Shown here: positions 52,401 to 64,000 of the stretch, one piece after another | How the letters are laid out: every line of letters begins with the position of its first letter | Position numbering within the stretch: the stretch's first letter is position 1 | Source: Azolla caroliniana | Lineage: Eukaryota > Plantae > Polypodiophyta | Assembly (NCBI GenBank): GCA_043228905.1 | Contig: JBHGNT010000005.1 | Location: 13,640,001-13,704,000, forward strand | Length of the DNA stretch: 64,000 nt | Reading direction: 5' to 3' | Program-made: the position numbers and the translations under genes | The notes under the pieces: model-generated | Told to the model about the DNA's origin: nothing | Databases searched by the model: none | What the model saw: only the letters and a program-made list of their open reading frames with translations

Positions 52401-54691
52401 CTTCTCCCTATCCTTTATATGATCGATGACGAACCTTCGGCAACCATCTTCATCTTTTGATTCATCTTTTTCTTCCACCGAGCATCCTTTGATCGGAATG
52501 TTATCTAAGAAAGGCATTGTGATATCAGGAATACAATCCTTTAACACTTTGTTCATGGCATTCACCATGTGGGCTACAGAGTTTGTCGCACCTTGGGGTA
52601 AGGTGCACATCCTCACCAACCTGATCAGTGTCCTCATTGTTGTAATGTCTCTACTATCGAATGCCAATTGAAATTGATCATAGTCCGAGTAGAGATCACC
52701 AATGGAATAGATCGATCTTCCCGCGAAGGCTTCGGCAAATTCATGCACACTTGGACCAATTCCGACATTTCGGATTATCACCTTGTTGACGGGTTGGAGA
52801 TCTTGAATAAAGCGTAAGGATCCGTTCTTCTTTGGCACCGTAAACCATCTATTGGAGTAGGGAGCATTGGACGGCTCAAGAATTCACATCCTAACCTTTT
52901 CCTTTAGAAGCCCAATCAGTTTCGGAATGTGAGCTCTGGGAACCGGTATCGGCTTGAGGTTCCAAGGTATATGCGGCACTGTAAATATCACCATCGGCTC
53001 TATCATCTTCGGGTCGGCACATCTGATTTCTTGTGGAGAGAAGGCGAAGGCTTTCTCATGTCTCTCAAGCATCATCCAAAACCTTTCTTCTTCTTCGAGG
53101 AGAAGGAACTCATCCTTCCCAACTTGGAGTTTCCCTCTTGATTTGTCAGTGAAGGTATGGCCTATCCCTTTTGGGTCTCTGAGACTTGGATCCTTGGTAA
53201 CTTCTTTCATCCTTGGCCAACTATCCTCCAGTAACAGAATAACTATTGGCTTGACCTTCTTATCTACTGATTTATATTTTGTGTTAACTTTGACCAACTC
53301 CTCCATGACCCCTCGTCGGCATTCGTCGATGGTGGTATACATGTTGATGGAGTTGACTTGAATCGTATGTTGCCCATGAGGGCTCAAGTCCACGATACTC
53401 TCTATTTCTCCAATTGTATTTTTAAATGAGGCTTCCTCCATGACCCATGATATGTTGTCTTCTTCTTGTAATATTCCTTGTTCTTTTAGCCAATGTTCAA
53501 AGTTTTGAACTTGGCTCTTCTCTCTCTCATTGATTGAGTGTAGTCATCCCACATGCACCATTAGGTGCTAAATATAGTTTTCCTTCTTGCTTCTTTCTTC
53601 TTTTCGGGGACTTTCTTTTCCTCGGACTATCTTTGCCCCATTCTTCAATAGTCTGTGTTAAAAATCCAACGCCTCATCTCTGAGGCGCATTGTCAAGAAT
53701 TGAACCTACTTTTGATCATCAAGACTCATCACCCAAGCGAATGTTGCTCCACTATCGAACACCTTAGTCTCTATCCTTGATGATGTTATGTAGGGTTGCC
53801 CAAGAATCACCGAATGGGAAGCCTAATCTTGTACAAAAAAGTGTTGGTCGATCTCTACATCCCCGATTGTGACTTGAATGTTGGGATGTGCTCCATAATG
53901 ATCTTCCGTGGCCTTCGTCGCCGCACGAATCTTCCATCCATGGTTCGTGTTGATAGGCCATCTTCCCTTCTTGTAGAAATCCGTCGACATGAGGTTAATC
54001 TCTGATCTGTGGTCTATAAGAGCCACAACCGTCTCTTTCTTCTCTCCAATCTTGACCGGAGTTTCCGTTGTCGCTCTCGCCCAATGGGTTCGTGTATAAT
54101 GACTATCCACTAGATCTTCTTCTTTCTCTTCCATTCTTGCCATAGTTATGGCATTGTTTGTCACCTTTGTCGAAATTCCCTCTTCCTCATCCGCTTGTTG
54201 TCTTTTACGTTTGATAAGATCGACGATGGTCTCATGGAACTTGTCAGGAATAGTACTAAAACAGAGATGGAATTAGTACTAAGAACAGCAGTACTATTAG
54301 TACTAAGAGGACGGCACTGCGTAAGATTCCCGAGAGAGGAAGTGAGAAGAGGAGAGAGAGAGAGATAGCGAGAATGAGAGAGAGAGAGAGAGATGATGAC
54401 AGCGGCTATATATTATGTGAAGATAAGTACAAGAGGCTAAGAGGCTTAAGACTGGCGTTGAACCAATTTGGTTCAAAACAATGCCTTGTGCCTCCTTTTA
54501 TAGTGTTTTTAGGAATAATCCTGAAGCTTCTAGAATGTTCCAGAGAGATCTGGAATATACATCAATTTTCTATGATAAAGTATAAATGAAAATAATATCC
54601 TACAAAATACAATTCATAATCTAATGGTAAGAGCTCGACCCATGTAGCATAAAGTCATGGGTTCGAGTCTTGCCATGACACTATCTCCCCC

Positions 54692-57600
54692 TTAAAGACG
54701 ACGAGTGGAACGAGTCGGCGCTAATTGCGGACCGGGTTTGTCCGGATACTTTCGGTGGAAATCAGCAAGAAGATCTTGTGCATTGGCAACATTCTCGACG
54801 GGTTCCCAAGTACGTTCGCTCGGACTATAACCGAGCCAATCGACCAAGTAATAAAGTTTGTTGCAAACAAGTTTGGAATCGAGGATGGCAGCAACTTCAT
54901 ACTCCGGGCCGGCGTCCAACTCCAGCGGGGGCGGCGGTGGTGTCACACGATCGGGAATGGTGTTTGCTTTATAAGGTTCAAGAAGAGAACAATGGAAAAC
55001 CGGATGTATCTGAAGCTGCGGAGGGAGATCCAGGCGGAAGGTGACATCATTAATCTTCCCCGTAATACGGAAAGGACCGAGTCGTCGATAATCCAACTTG
55101 TCGCACGGTCGAGTAGTCTTGATGTGACGACGTAAGAGCCATACTCGATCTCCGATGGCAAAAGAGGAGGGAATCCGATGACGATCCGCATAAGTCTTCT
55201 GTGTGTGTTGAGCATGACGAAGGTGAGTAGAGAGATCCATCTGGATCTTGCGTAGCCTCTCCAAATGGTCCTCGGCACGAGGGTTGGTAGGTAGCTCCGG
55301 AGTGTCGATCACCGACCAGCGAGGATGGAAACCGGTATAAGCGAGAAATGGGGAGACTCGAGTCGAGGAGTGAATAGCATTATTATACGCAAACTCCGCA
55401 AAGTGGAGAATCTCAGCCCAATCGTCCTGTTGATAACTCAGGAAACACCGGAGATATTGCTCCAACATTTGGTTTGTTCGTTCCGCCTGTCTGTCAGTTT
55501 GAGGATGGTAGCCGGAGGAGAGGTTGCAGGAGACCTTGAGCATCCTGAAGAGATGCTGCCAAAATTTGGAGACAAATTGCGGGCCTCGGTCACTGATAAT
55601 ACTGTCTGGTAGGCCATGATGCCGAAATACCTCACGCATAACAAGAGCGGCGGTTTCCTCGCTAGTGATGGCTTTAGTACATGGCACAAAATGTGCCATC
55701 TTCGTATATCGATCGACGACGGTTAGGATAGCATCGAACCCCTTCGAGACCGGCAGATCTGTGATAAAATCAAGACAAATAGACTGCCATGGCTTACTTG
55801 GAATTGGTAAAGGTTCCAACAAGCCATATGGATGGTGTCGTGGCATCTTTGCTCGGCAGCAAGCATCACAGGTCCGAACGTAGTCGTCGACAAAACGGCG
55901 CATGTGGGGCCACCAAAAAGATCGTTGCACTAACTCCAACGTCTTGGTACTACCGAAATGTCCCGCCGTATGGGTGTCGTGACAATGTTGGACGATTTGA
56001 AGGCGACAGGAGCAATCGGGGACATATACGCGCTTTTTAAAGAATAACAAACCATCATGATATTCGAATTGTCGGTAGTCAATACCTGGTTGTTGAGACT
56101 GAGAACAGGATGCCCGAGAAGTATCAATGTGCGCTAGGATGTCTTGAGCAAAACTATCTGCCTTCAAGGTTGCACGTATGTCATCGGTAATCCGTGAATC
56201 CATCGGGGTGTGAAAAATCCGCGTCGTGTGCAATCGTGTTGGTCCCAAGATTACTTGCTTTTGATTATCAAATGTTGCGTCACCAGGACGAGGTGCAAGA
56301 TATGAACGCCGTGATAGTGCATCTGCTTTTCCTTGCTGCTTCCCCGATCGATATGTGATTTCGAAGTTGAAATGCGTGAGGAATTGCGCCCACCGAGCTT
56401 GTCGTCGATTTAGTACGCGAGCGTTCTGAAAATAAGCAAGATTTTTATGATCGCTAAAGACAATGACCTGATGTGGAGAGCCCTCTAAGAAATGCCGCCA
56501 TTGTACAAATGAATCCACGATGGCTAATAACTCCTTGTCATGTATTTCGTAGTTGATTTTTGTGACATTGAATTTGCGCGAATGGAAAGCCACCGGATGC
56601 AACTCTTCTTTATCGCCTTGTTGAGAAAGGATGCTACCGAGGGCGAAATCTGATGCGTCGGCCTCCATGATGAATGGTTTGCTTGTATCCACATGAGCTA
56701 GAATCGGTGCTGATGTAAAGGCTTTCTTAAGATGCCGAAAAGCCATATCTGCTTCGATGGACCAAAGAAATGCTTGGCCCTTCTTCGTAAGTTGTGTGAG
56801 AAGTAAAATAATCTTCGAGTAATCCTGTATAAACTTACGGTGGAAGTTAGCAAAGCCTAGAAAACATTGTACATCTCGTACCGACCGTGGAATTTGCCAC
56901 TCTAGTACAGTTTGGATTTTAGCTGGATCCATGGCGATGCCCTTTGAGGAGATGACGTAGCCTAGAAATTCCACTTGCTTGCAGTCAAAGATACATTTCT
57001 CTAGCTTGGCATAAAGACCATTCTCGCGGAGTCGCTTTAGTACTAATAGTACATGAGAATCGTGCTCTTCCTGGGTCTTCGAATAAATCAACAAATCATC
57101 CAGATAAATGATCAAACAGATATCCAAGAGGTCTCTGAATATATCATTTGCCATGTGTTGGAAGACTGCGGGTGCATTGGTTAGGCCAAACGGCATAACA
57201 ATATACTCGAAATGCCCATACCGCGTGCGAAAAGCGGTCTTCCACTCATCTCCCGGTCGGATCCGCACGAGATTATACGCTCCTCGTAGGTCGATTTTAG
57301 TAAAAAACTTGGCACCATTAACTTGCTCTAAAAGACTTGATATAAGAGGAAGTGCATACCTATTCCGGATGGTGACTTTATTCAATCCGCAGTAATCAAC
57401 GACAAGACGAAGTGAGCCATCTTTCTTCTTGACAAAGAAGATGGGTGCACCGGCCGGAGATTTCGAATGACGGATGAACCCGCTTGCCAAGTTCTCCTCT
57501 ATGTAGGCTCGAAGGACTTCTAACTCGGTGGGTGACAAGTTGTAAATTGGTCCCCATGGTGGCTCGGTTCCTGGTTGTAAATCGATGGGACAGTCATAGG

Positions 57601-58270
57601 GACGGTGATGAGGAAGGGTACCGGCTTTTACCTTGTCAAATACATCGGCATAAGGATGATATTTTGCCGGAAGTTGTATTGAGGAGTCCTTCTTAATAGT
57701 GCTAGAAGGATGTACTGATATGGCAAATAGGAACATTGCCTCCTTGGGTCCTTCTTCGCGTAGTTGATGGAGTGAAATGGTCGAAACTCGGTGAGTTGAT
57801 TCTTGGGGTGGTCGATATCGGACTTCTCTTGTTCTCCAATCTATGGCTGGATTATGTAATTCAAGCCAAGGTAATCCTAGGACAATGGGATGCTCTGGAC
57901 TACTAATTATATTAAATGATATTATACACACAAAACTACCTAGGACAACTTGAATGGGTTCTGATTCTTCTACAATATTCCCGGAAGCAATGGGACGACC
58001 ATCAATGACCACTACAGATGCGGGACAAGAAAGTTTTCTTAAGGATATCTGAGAAGCTTGGGCAAAATTTCGATCCATGAAACAGGAATTAGCTCCGGAA
58101 TCTAAAAGTGCTAGGACGGGTACTGGGGGAGTACTTTTAGTACTAACAATGACTTGGGCTAGGAACACATTGCTAACTTGCTTGGAAGGAATGGAACCAC
58201 TAATGGGCTGTACAGATCTAGGGCTGCTGTCCAACCAAATGGCTCCTATTTTGGCTGGACTCAATCGTTT
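54692..58270 (-). CDS. pol of G: protease, RT, RNase H, integrase, chromodomain; expressed by -1 frameshift
   Basis: LLDSGA, YLDD, ADAS, HHCC zinc finger, DFIT...SDRG...ERTN, GPF, EYEVAAILDS...YLVDWLGY...TWEP. Confidence 0.95.
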   Translation of the reverse strand, partial: KRLSPAKIGAIWLDSSPRSVQPISGSIPSKQVSNVFLAQVIVSTKSTPPVPVLALLDSGANSCFMDRNFAQASQISLRKLSCPASVVVIDGRPIASGNIVEESEPIQVVLGSFVCIISFNIISSPEHPIVLGLPWLELHNPAIDWRTREVRYRPPQESTHRVSTISLHQLREEGPKEAMFLFAISVHPSSTIKKDSSIQLPAKYHPYADVFDKVKAGTLPHHRPYDCPIDLQPGTEPPWGPIYNLSPTELEVLRAYIEENLASGFIRHSKSPAGAPIFFVKKKDGSLRLVVDYCGLNKVTIRNRYALPLISSLLEQVNGAKFFTKIDLRGAYNLVRIRPGDEWKTAFRTRYGHFEYIVMPFGLTNAPAVFQHMANDIFRDLLDICLIIYLDDLLIYSKTQEEHDSHVLLVLKRLRENGLYAKLEKCIFDCKQVEFLGYVISSKGIAMDPAKIQTVLEWQIPRSVRDVQCFLGFANFHRKFIQDYSKIILLLTQLTKKGQAFLWSIEADMAFRHLKKAFTSAPILAHVDTSKPFIMEADASDFALGSILSQQGDKEELHPVAFHSRKFNVTKINYEIHDKELLAIVDSFVQWRHFLEGSPHQVIVFSDHKNLAYFQNARVLNRRQARWAQFLTHFNFEITYRSGKQQGKADALSRRSYLAPRPGDATFDNQKQVILGPTRLHTTRIFHTPMDSRITDDIRATLKADSFAQDILAHIDTSRASCSQSQQPGIDYRQFEYHDGLLFFKKRVYVPDCSCRLQIVQHCHDTHTAGHFGSTKTLELVQRSFWWPHMRRFVDDYVRTCDACCRAKMPRHHPYGLLEPLPIPSKPWQSICLDFITDLPVSKGFDAILTVVDRYTKMAHFVPCTKAITSEETAALVMREVFRHHGLPDSIISDRGPQFVSKFWQHLFRMLKVSCNLSSGYHPQTDRQAERTNQMLEQYLRCFLSYQQDDWAEILHFAEFAYNNAIHSSTRVSPFLAYTGFHPRWSVIDTPELPTNPRAEDHLERLRKIQMDLSTHLRHAQHTQKTYADRHRIPSSFAIGDRVWLLRRHIKTTRPCDKLDYRRLGPFRITGKINDVTFRLDLPPQLQIHPVFHCSLLEPYKANTIPDRVTPPPPPLELDAGPEYEVAAILDSKLVCNKLYYLVDWLGYSPSERTWEPVENVANAQDLLADFHRKYPDKPGPQLAPTRSTRRL

Positions 58271-59418
58271 AACTCTTCATCTAATTGACTAAGGATTTCA
58301 AATTTATTTGAGATACTTGGGCTATTAGTACTATGAATACTATCTGACACTCTATTAGTACTATTAATACTATCAGACACTCCGAAGGGAAGAATTGACT
58401 CGGGTTTAGTACAGGCGACGATTTGATTTACCTGTCTTCTTGGCCTATGGGGACAATTGATGGCGATATGTCCTGGTCCACCGCAATAAAGACATAATTG
58501 ATTGGCACGTCGTCGTTGCTTTTCTTCTTCCGATAACGGGCCGCGTCGACGCATGGTATCGATCTCCATCGGTGTCGAAGTATTTGCTTGAGGTATGTCT
58601 CGTGCAAACGGTTTAGCCGCGACTGCGGCGTAAGTGGGCTCTGGCCTAGAGCGTGGTATCTGTAATTGACGTTCTGAACGCCGTTCAAAAAGGCGGTTGT
58701 CACATCGAACTGCTCGACTGATTGCCTCCGTAAGAGACTTTGGTTCTTCGGGGAAAGTTAGAAGTAGATCTTTGAAATCGTTTCGCAAGCCATAGCGAAA
58801 CTGCTCCATTAGTGCTTGATCATCCCAGGGTATATCTGAAGCAAGTAGGCGGAAATCCGCCGCGTAGGCAGAGGCTGGACGATCGCCTTGACGCAATCGC
58901 CGGATCTTGTTGATCGTCGTCCTGATGCTGTCGGTGTCTCCAAAGCAGGCTTTAAACTCACCAATAAAATCTTCAAAGTTATTAAGTAAGGGTGATTGTT
59001 TTTCTAGAAGCGGAGCAAACCATGCCAAGGCTGAGCCGCTAAGTAGCGTGCCTATTAGGCCGACTCGAGATGCATCAGTGGGATATCGGGAAGGATGCAT
59101 CTGGATGACTAAGCGTACCTGATTAAGGAATCCCCGGAATTGCGAACGCGTTCCATCAAATTTCACAGGAAGTCCAATCTTGGGCTCTTTATGAAATCCT
59201 TGGGGACTGGATCCTTGTTGTTGCAACGCTGCTTCGAGTTGTTGTACCCGTAACGCTAACTCCCCATGTTGTTGTTGCGTTTGTTGTTTTTCCAGAGCGA
59301 TTTGTTGCAGATCCCCTATCAGCCGTTGGTTTTCTTGTTCCAGGGCAACAAACTTTTCTTTTAGGCACTGTAGCTCGGAGAAAATGGATTGGTATTCTTG
59401 GGCGCTAACAGTAGCCAT
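58261..59418 (-). CDS. gag of G
   Basis: PVKFDGTRSQFRGFL, LRQG, PMEID, CLYCGGPGHIAINC. Confidence 0.95.
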   Translation of the reverse strand: MATVSAQEYQSIFSELQCLKEKFVALEQENQRLIGDLQQIALEKQQTQQQHGELALRVQQLEAALQQQGSSPQGFHKEPKIGLPVKFDGTRSQFRGFLNQVRLVIQMHPSRYPTDASRVGLIGTLLSGSALAWFAPLLEKQSPLLNNFEDFIGEFKACFGDTDSIRTTINKIRRLRQGDRPASAYAADFRLLASDIPWDDQALMEQFRYGLRNDFKDLLLTFPEEPKSLTEAISRAVRCDNRLFERRSERQLQIPRSRPEPTYAAVAAKPFARDIPQANTSTPMEIDTMRRRGPLSEEEKQRRRANQLCLYCGGPGHIAINCPHRPRRQVNQIVACTKPESILPFGVSDSINSTNRVSDSIHSTNSPSISNKFEILSQLDEELND

Positions 59419-62400
59419 AGTATAGGGAAAAGGGTAGGAGGATGAGGGAGAGTGACAAGTAGGCTAGAGGGGAAAATTGGTTCAAACTGTCAGGAATAGT
59501 ACTAAAACAGAGATGGAATTAGTACTAAGAACAGCAGTACTATTAGTACTAAGAGGACGGGACTGCATAAGATTCCCGAGAGAGGAAGTGAGAAGAGGAG
59601 AGAGAGAGAGAGATAGCGAGAATGAGAGAGAGAGAGAGAGATGATGACAGCGGCTATATATTATGTGAAAAGATAAGTACAAGCGGCTAAGAGGCTTAAG
59701 ACTGGCGTTGAACCAATTTGGTTCAAAACAATGCCTTGTGCCTCCTTTTATAGTGTTTTTAGGAATAATCCTGAAGCTTCTAGAATGTTCCAGAGAGATC
59801 TGGAATATACATCAATTTTCTATGATAAAGTATAAATGAAAATAATATCCTACAAAATACAATTCATAATCTAATGGTAAGAGCTCGACCTATGTAGCAT
59901 AAAGTCATGGGTTCAAGTCTTGCCATGACAGAACTCTTTCTTCAAGAACCTTTCTTAAGTTAGTTGTTTGTTCAATATCCAACCTTAATTTGTATGTTGG
60001 TGTCAATCTATCCTTCCCCTTGTTGGCATTCTCTTCAATGGATTGAGTTGGTTCCTCGGCTCTCTTGTTTGAGCTTCCATCTTCTTGACATGTGGTCTTG
60101 ATCATCTCTTCCTTCTTCTTAAAGCTTCTTGTGTCATGTTTCTTAGAAGGGCCTTCATCTAGATCCGTCCTCTTCCGCTACTCATCCACAAACACTTCGT
60201 GGGTTTCTCATATGACCTCTACGGAGATCGTGTTGTTATCAACCGGATCCGCCCACCCGGTAAGGTCTCGTACATGAAGGTTGACTAGCTTTGCATCATC
60301 TGAATTAATCTTCCCTTTTTTTCCGTATTCGAGGACAGTCGGCCAAAACCCCGTTCCTAGTTTAATCATTCCAAGCTTCTCCTTCCCGATTCTTATACCA
60401 GCGGATGCAGCATAGTGTATAACTTCGACGTGGCTCGCATCAACCTCATCCATGATTTTCTTTAGAACCCCCCTACCGAAATTCACTTGCAAGGGTTTTC
60501 GAGTCTCACTTGAGTGTATAATGTTGCCTTCTATGTAGACGAGGTTTTGTCGAATTTCCTCTTGAAGGCTAGCACAATCTTTCCTTGCATGATCAACACT
60601 ATCACATGATACACATCTATATGGGTTCCCCTTCGGCCCTCTATGACTCATATTAGCTAACGAAACCGCTTCGAATTTTCGTGCCAACTCTTCAATGACA
60701 GAGTTCTCCATCGCTCTTTCGATCGGCTTGCTTTGCTTTGTCATCTCAGTTGCTATTGGAGCCTTCCTTCTTTGGACTACTGGGCCCGCCATGTTGGAAT
60801 CATCTAGCCATTGACGACGTTTGTCAAATCGATCACATGCTCTTCTTACCGCAACCCAATCCGTTATGAGACCATTGGGTTGTGCTTCATCCTCTAATAG
60901 ACTACCTAGTTCTTGTATATCTTTTGCATCCACCGCCTTTAAGAATTACAAAACTTTATCTCCTTCAAGAAGTGTTTGGTCGGTTCTCGGGAGATAGTTG
61001 TACATTTGGTCAAATTCAGTGTACACTCCCGAGGTGTTCATGTTCTTCCCCTTCTTCTAGATCCACTTCATCAACGTATGACGAGTCATCCTCGACACAT
61101 GTTCAAGGATACATTCAGCCAAAAGCGCCCTTTCAAATCCTACCCATGTTGTTTGGGCGGCTTGAATCTCCCTTATACGGCCTTGTAACCCAATAGCTAC
61201 GACACGCTTGAAGCTTGATATTTGCTTCTCTTTGATGACATCACATTGTTGCATCTTTGTCTTGTATGTAGCGAGAAAATCCGTAATGTTTCTTCCACAC
61301 AATTGGCCCGCTATCTCAACGGTTATGTCAATTTCCTTGTCTAAGCTTGCATCATTATCTCGAGCTCTCATCATATGCTCAACAATAGCCACCAACTTTG
61401 CCACTTCATCAGCTTTGGGTGTTTGACAAAGAAGCCATCTTCTAATCTTCTATTTCAAGCACTTGATACTTCCTACCGCCTCTTCACATCGGGTTCACCA
61501 CTAAATTATGTCGGGAAAATCTGTCACTATGTGCGGATCGTGAGGCGGAACCTCCGGGGTTATGGGCGGGAAGGAAATAGGGTTCACACGCACAACACAA
61601 GGAAGGTGAGGTGCATGGGCAAGCTCGAACGAATGCACGGGAGGAAGGCTTACACATCGACACACAAGGAAAATGCTTACTTACACACACAAGAGACAGA
61701 GTTTCGAATGCCTTTGTGAAAAGAGAGGTGCATGGGCAAAGCCCGAACTCTCCCTTGTTACAAGACATGCGAACACACAAGGAAAAGGATTACTTACACA
61801 AACGAGAGACAAAGTTTTGAATGCCTTTATGAAAAGAGAGGTGGATGGGCAAACCCAAACGCTCCCTTGTTACAAGACACATGAACATACAAACAAGGTT
61901 ACACACAAGAGACACAATTTCAAACTCATTTGTGAAAGGAGAGGTGCATGGGCAAGCCCGAACGCTCCCTTGCCACAAGTCGCACGAACACACAATCAAG
62001 GTTTACACATAGGAGACACAATTTTGAACACCTTTGTGAAAGGAGAGAGGTGCATGGGCAAGCCCAAACACTCCCTTGCCACAAGTCGCACGAACACACA
62101 AGCAAGATTTACACTAACATGCAAGACACGATTTCGAACGTCTTTGTGAAAGGAGAGGCACGTAAGTTTGAATGCCTTTGTGAAAGGAGAGGTGCATGGC
62201 CAGCCCAAAACGCTCCCATGTCACAAGACACACAAACAAATAAGCACAAATGACGATAACAAATAAGCACAATCAAGATTTACACATAAGACAAGTAAAT
62301 GAAAGAAAACATTAGTTTATATCAATATAATAGATTCTTTTATAATATAAAAATCATGTTACAATGGGTTGGATGCGAATATGAAGGATTGTTAATAAAG

Positions 62401-62537
62401 GAATAGGGGAAGAGAGGTGGAGGAAAGAAGAGAGTGGAGTATAGAAGGAGTTTCTTTGTTGATGATGCCTCTTGACGTTGTTGATCCTTCTTCTTTCTAT
62501 TTCCAATTGAGTAGAGCTTCTGCATTCCTTCTCCACC

Positions 62538-63010
62538 GGACCAGCTTTCGCTAAGTTCATGGTAGCTAAACCAGCTTCTCCGAGCAATTCCAAAGGTCTC
62601 ACTTATGAGGGCATGGTGATGCTCTCCACCGGACCCATGATAGATCTTGTGAAGAAATCACCCCTTATTGCCTTGGTGGCGGTTTCCGTGACGATGGCGG
62701 TTTCCATGGTAGCCGTGGAGATAGAGACAATGGGAGGAGATTGGATAGGGACGGAGATTGGGATGGTGGATTCGATCAGGAGAGTGGCTTTGGCCGTGAT
62801 TTTGGCGATGAGCCCTCCAGGGCTAACAATGTTGACGATTGGGGTGCTCCAAAGAAATTTTTTCCCTCTGGTATGGGTGGAGCCTCAGGGCGGTATGACA
62901 ATGATGTTGGTGGAGGGTGGAGGATGGGCGACTTCTCCTCTTCCAAGGATGATGAGGACAACCATTGGGGCTCTTCGAAGAAATTCACCCCTATTGTTCC
63001 TACCAGTACA
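62538..63010 (+). pseudogene. Fragment of a plant eIF4B-like gene
   Basis: MLSTGP (cf. LPTGP), D/R/G-rich tract, PSRANNVDDWGAPKKF and SKDDEDNHWGSSKKFTP (cf. the SRADEVDDW..KK repeats). Frameshifted. Confidence 0.7.
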
Positions 63011-63480
63011 GACGATGGAGATGGAAGCCTGAAGGCCCTCCAATACTTCTCTCTCGTCTCCAAGATCTACACAGAGCATGACGCCAATCTCAGTTGCTCT
63101 GACAAAACCCTAGCCGAGTTCATCACCAATCTCGGCCGACGTAGTGATCATCGCAAGGAGAATGGAGCCAAGATGCCTGAATATTTCGTTTCAAGCTTGC
63201 TTACCACAATCCATGTTGTTTTACCTCCTTCATCTACTCGGAAAGGTGAGAAAGGGGAAGGTTAAATTTTCTCCTAATGGTGATTCTTCCTTTCCTAGTC
63301 TCTCTGTTGTTGATAATAAGACGAGGATTCGAAAGATTGAGAATAATCTAGAGTGTGAGGCATGATCCAAGGGAGAGAGGACTGAGAGAAAGAAGTATAG
63401 CTCTCGTGATAATGACCAAAGAGGGGATGCAAGACACAACGAGAGAGATAGGAGAGTAGAGATGTTTAGTTACAGTCCGT
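63011..63480 (+). pseudogene. N-terminal fragment of a PRP22/DHX8-like DEAH splicing helicase
   Basis: LKALQYFSLVSKIYTE....SDKTLAEFITNLGR...KENGAKMPEYFVSSLLTTIHVVLPP matches the plant PRP22 N-terminus as I recall it. No helicase core follows. Confidence 0.8.
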
Positions 63481-64000
63481 CTCACAGAAAGAAAACATCT
63501 TGGCATTGAATGTGAGAAGGCATTCCGAGATGGAAAACATGTCACATTTGCGGGTGAGCAGTTCCCAAAGACTTAGAATAGAAATGAAGGTACAAACAAA
63601 TTTTGTAGAAACAGAACTCCTCCAAGCATTCTAGAACAATTCTATACACCACAGGAAGACGGCCAGATAGAGACATCTGGCGGTGGCTAAGACAACCGAC
63701 CACACGGGGATGGCCGCGGTCGAGATGCACAATCGAGACGCGTTGCCGAGAGTACAACCCAGACGCATGACCGAGAGAAGGGCCGAGTGATGGCCACGAA
63801 GACAGCCAAAGAGAAGATGAAGAAGAAAGTGGACGAAGAAGAAAAGAAATAGGAAAGAGAAGAGGGGCAGAGAGAAAAATTTCACAAGCTCAAGGGTATC
63901 CATTAAAATTTCAAAACTTTGAGGGTAAAAACGAAAATTTTCTAAAACCAAGGGGTACAAATCATGAAATTTCGAAAACACAACTCACATGATGAAAGAA

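Larger units (their letters stand above)
54242..59930 (-). mobile_element. Element G: near-intact Tcn1/Tf1-like chromovirus
   Basis: LTRs 54242-54680 and 59488-59930 differ at only a few sites. TSD GAACT. PPT AAGGGGGAGATAG. Both ORFs are open. Confidence 0.96.
48591..62537 (-). mobile_element. Gypsy element F (same group as D and E), degenerate; hosts element G
   Basis: 3' LTR 48591-50192 with PPT GGTGGGGGTGGA. Truncated 5' LTR 61509-~62537. PBS TGGTGAACCCGATGTGAA ends at 61500. gag 60208-61404, protease 53823-54164, RT, RNase H and integrase 50260-53441. Confidence 0.88.

Noticed and set aside
54632-54680. tRNA or SINE (GGTTCGAGTC B-box-like)
   Set aside because: Part of an inverted repeat at the LTR tip, with no A box or cloverleaf.

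Overview
Eukaryotic, almost entirely transposable-element DNA. It is most likely from a non-seed land plant (inferred from a Tcn1-type chromovirus, plant tRNA-type primer sites and plant eIF4B/PRP22 fragments). No intact host gene is present. The window is a nest of at least ten LTR retrotransposons, and target-site duplications (TSDs) resolve most of the nesting. An old Copia backbone hosts (i) a second Copia (12864-35949) that contains Gypsy C (16693-35165), which contains Gypsy B (21681-30459); (ii) Gypsy E (36402-48297), which contains Gypsy D (38409-45444); (iii) Gypsy F (48591-~62537), which contains a near-intact Tcn1-like chromovirus G (54242-59930). The left end holds a TIR element with a palindromic satellite and a spliced RING-domain pseudogene. 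A 297-bp MITE of that element sits in Gypsy A. The right end holds a chimeric eIF4B/PRP22 gene fragment. Top observation: Gypsy families B and C have no polypurine tract next to the 3' LTR. Instead they carry a conserved 40-nt copy of the tRNA-Arg T-arm/acceptor/CCA end with a covarying 13-nt hairpin inserted in the T-loop, ending 2 nt before the LTR. This suggests tRNA-like or tRNA-dependent plus-strand priming. All family and tRNA assignments are from motif recognition and memory, not database searches.
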